Shown here: one piece after another, positions 61,170 through 64,000 of the stretch | How positions within the stretch are numbered: the first letter of the stretch is position 1 | Layout: the number at the start of each line of letters is the position of its first letter | NCBI GenBank assembly: GCA_051294905.1 | Contig: CM119371.1 | Coordinates: 13,208,001-13,272,000 of the forward strand | Direction of reading: 5' to 3' | Length of the DNA: 64,000 nt | Source of the DNA: Botryllus schlosseri | Taxonomy: Eukaryota | Notes under the pieces: model-generated | Told to the model about the DNA's origin: nothing | The model's input: the letters and a program-made list of their open reading frames with translations, nothing else | The model's database searches: none | Program-made: the position numbers and the translations under genes

Positions 61170-64000
61170 TTCAATATTCAACTTGACGGTGTAAAGTCTG
61201 GAAGTAATATAAAAAATCAAGATCGAGATACTTCTACTTTATCAACTCGTGACTATCTACCGATAATAAAGTCACTATCGCTCGCATCTGGCAGAAAATG
61301 TCAACAATCATCAACTATTCAACTGAATGTTAAATATACTTTGCGAGTGGGGCTGTGTACAACATAATCTTCAATCAATCTAGAGGGAATCTATACATGG
61401 ACTATGGACTTCAAAACATCGCGCCAAATATATCGATATTCACAAATAATGGCTCTGAACCTTCTCGCAAACAAAAATGACACTTTGAAAAGGTTCCTAG
61501 CCGGCCATAGTCAAATAACTGCATTTGTATCTGCCATTCGCGAAATATTGCATTCAACTTTTCCGCACACAAAGCATAAAACATACTGTAAGCATTGGCA
61601 GTTTGGGTGAATAGTCATCGATTACACCTTTTCTCTGGTAAATAAGAGGATTTGGATTCAATCTGTTCTGGCCGCGACGTTTCGTCATTGAACAATATGT
61701 CAATCACTGGGTGAAGCTATCGCGCTAAATAGCTGTAATATTTCCAAAACATAAAATCCCAAGGGGCATTAGCACCAGTCTGCACCTCCTGGTTACGTTC
61801 ATGTTTATGCTGTTATGTTATTTGATGATTAGCAGCTTTTTGAAGTGCACGGAGTCATAGGCGCCGACTTTTTTTTTTACGAGGTGGCCTCATAACTGTT
61901 CCATATCGATGACGTCATCGTCGCACTAAAACGCACTTTACTACATGCTGCTGGTTTACGTGCAGCGTTAAATTATTCGTGTGGCGTTTTAATACCGGCC
62001 CTGTGATCGTTATTATCAAACCATGCAGTCGAGTTATTACGGTAAATGGAATCTTAAAACGGTACGAGTACGATCGTACGAAAATATAACTGCGCTACTA
62101 GTCTGTCCGACGGAATGCACCGAACCGAAATCAGAATTTACGTCACTGAGAGTTTGGTGTTGTATCAATGTTATTCACGCGTAATGTGCTGTGGTGTGAG
62201 TAACTAAATACGCTACGCCCTGGCCTGGCAAGTTCGCAATTAACACATGACAACTCTTGAACATGCGATTTCAAGCAGACAATAATGATGATGACGCGAA
62301 ATCGCGCAGCCAATCAAGAGTTGTCTATTGCGATTGCTCGCTTCGCGTTGATTACCTCGCATCGCGGCAATTGTTTGCAGATTAAAATAGCGATTTTGGC
62401 GGCATTGTTACATTTCCGCTTTACGTTCGTGAAGTATTTTGGGAGTACATCGGTCAATTCATAAATTCAATTTGCATGTCGATGGCCGCCAACACATACT
62501 AATTGACTTACGTGTTGACAACTGCACAAATTTCCTTCTACGGCCGCTGGTTGGCTACCCCTGGGCTAGAACTAATTGCACTTCCGTGCGCATGTCGCGA
62601 TCTTATCAATAGAAATTCACCGGCTACCAAATGTCCAATAGTTTAATATTCGATATTGTTGTTCTCAATACGAGTACATCCAGAAATCAAGTTGATCGGA
62701 ATAAAGAAGGTTGCCTGTTCAAACGAATCGAATAAAATCAGAATTTGTGCCACCCAGAATCTCGTTATGCATCAATATTTGACAATGGCATGGCATCGCC
62801 TACTGCACGTTAATAACGAAAGGAACACTGAGAAATGACTTCGTGCAAATGTATCAAGTCGAAAACAAAAAATATGGATGGTTGCAAACGAGAAAGCGTG
62901 TGTTCTAATCAGTATCGCTACGAATGGGTTTTGCGTTTGATATAGTATTGAGAAGTATTAGTCGCGTCAATTGTTTACTCATTATATCGGTGTTTTATTG
63001 CTGCATTTTCTGATTTATCTCACTGGCAAAGCCTTCTTAGAGAAACGAATATGCGCAGAAATTACGAAAATACGATTACGAAGACTATCGCACGAAGCTA
63101 GCTAGCTTAAGAATGGTTTTGTAAACGAATGTGGGCGCACATCATTTAGATTTTAGAAAAGCAGATCGTCTATTTGGGCGGATGGTCGGGAGAGGAGATC
63201 TAGGATGGTGTTCATGTTGACGATTTTACGCGTATGATAAGCTTGCCAATTAGTCCGGAAGTGCTGTCAATTATAGAGTCCCTGATCTCTGGTGAACAAT
63301 TAAATACGCGCTCGTATTACGCAGCCTCAATGACAGTTTTGGCAAATCAAAATGTCCCAACTTGACGGCACTGATTTCAGGTGGTTCAGACCTGTGTAGT
63401 TTTTTAGAGCTCAATCCATGATACACATCTTCTGATAGTTACGTTCAAGTATTAGCGGGAATCAATTACGCACGTTAAAGTCTCTTTGCAGCGATTCGAT
63501 GTTATCCAGTTTTGCGATGTGGCTCTTTAATTAATGTAACATAAAACGATCACCAATTAGCGTAAACTCGACCGCATTGTCTCCAAACCAGCGAGAGATA
63601 GAAGCCAAAGCATGCTAGGTCCGAGACGCGATAGGTAAGCCAGCAATGGTATCTTTCGCACCAGGCCTATCGCAGATGCTCAATGCTCATTGCTCATGTA
63701 TATGCCAGCGATGACATCGTGTACGCCAGGCCGAAGCTGCCAATACAGATGCGATTGCGCAGGCAAGCGATGGTTTAGTGTGAGCTGAGCCTATTGCAGA
63801 TCTAGGCTTGTTCGAGACGCGATAAATCGGGCTAGCGACGATTGCCACGCTCACGGGAATGAATGACCTAATTTCGCGACCATTTCAGCGGGAGATCGTC
63901 AAAGAATCTTCTTACTAATTGACAACATGCTTCTCGTAAACCGGCCCCGCGGAACAATGATAATACAATTATTGAATTGCAACTGGATATTAGAGTTAGA

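Overview
Eukaryotic (animal) genomic DNA, AT-rich, spliced and saturated with small DNA transposons. The style (60-75 nt minimal introns beside multi-kb introns, several AAG acceptors, this NACHT gene type) suggests an invertebrate deuterostome such as an ascidian, but that is inference. Two convergent multi-exon genes were assembled by hand from GT-AG sites with consistent phases. (1) A + strand MFS transporter of the MFSD4/NaGLT1 type: 8 coding exons at 8307-28512, about 457 aa, true start not located. (2) A - strand NACHT/NLR-type gene: a 1468-nt NACHT exon at 59128-60595, an HD2/LRR exon at 53076-53380 and a chain of small, mostly phase-0 downstream exons running to about 32368, roughly 900 aa. 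Its Walker B Asp and winged-helix His are both substituted. A decayed GABA-B-like class C GPCR 7TM fragment probably lies at about 3015-3855. Introns and intergenic DNA hold more than 20 non-autonomous hAT-type MITEs (many with perfect 8-bp TSDs, often nested), two Chapaev3-like transposon relics, three tRNA-derived SINE families, a 36-bp minimal TIR element and a degenerate CCCTAA-rich array. Most short ORFs in the supplied track are noise. No CRISPR array, rRNA or convincing tRNA gene was seen.
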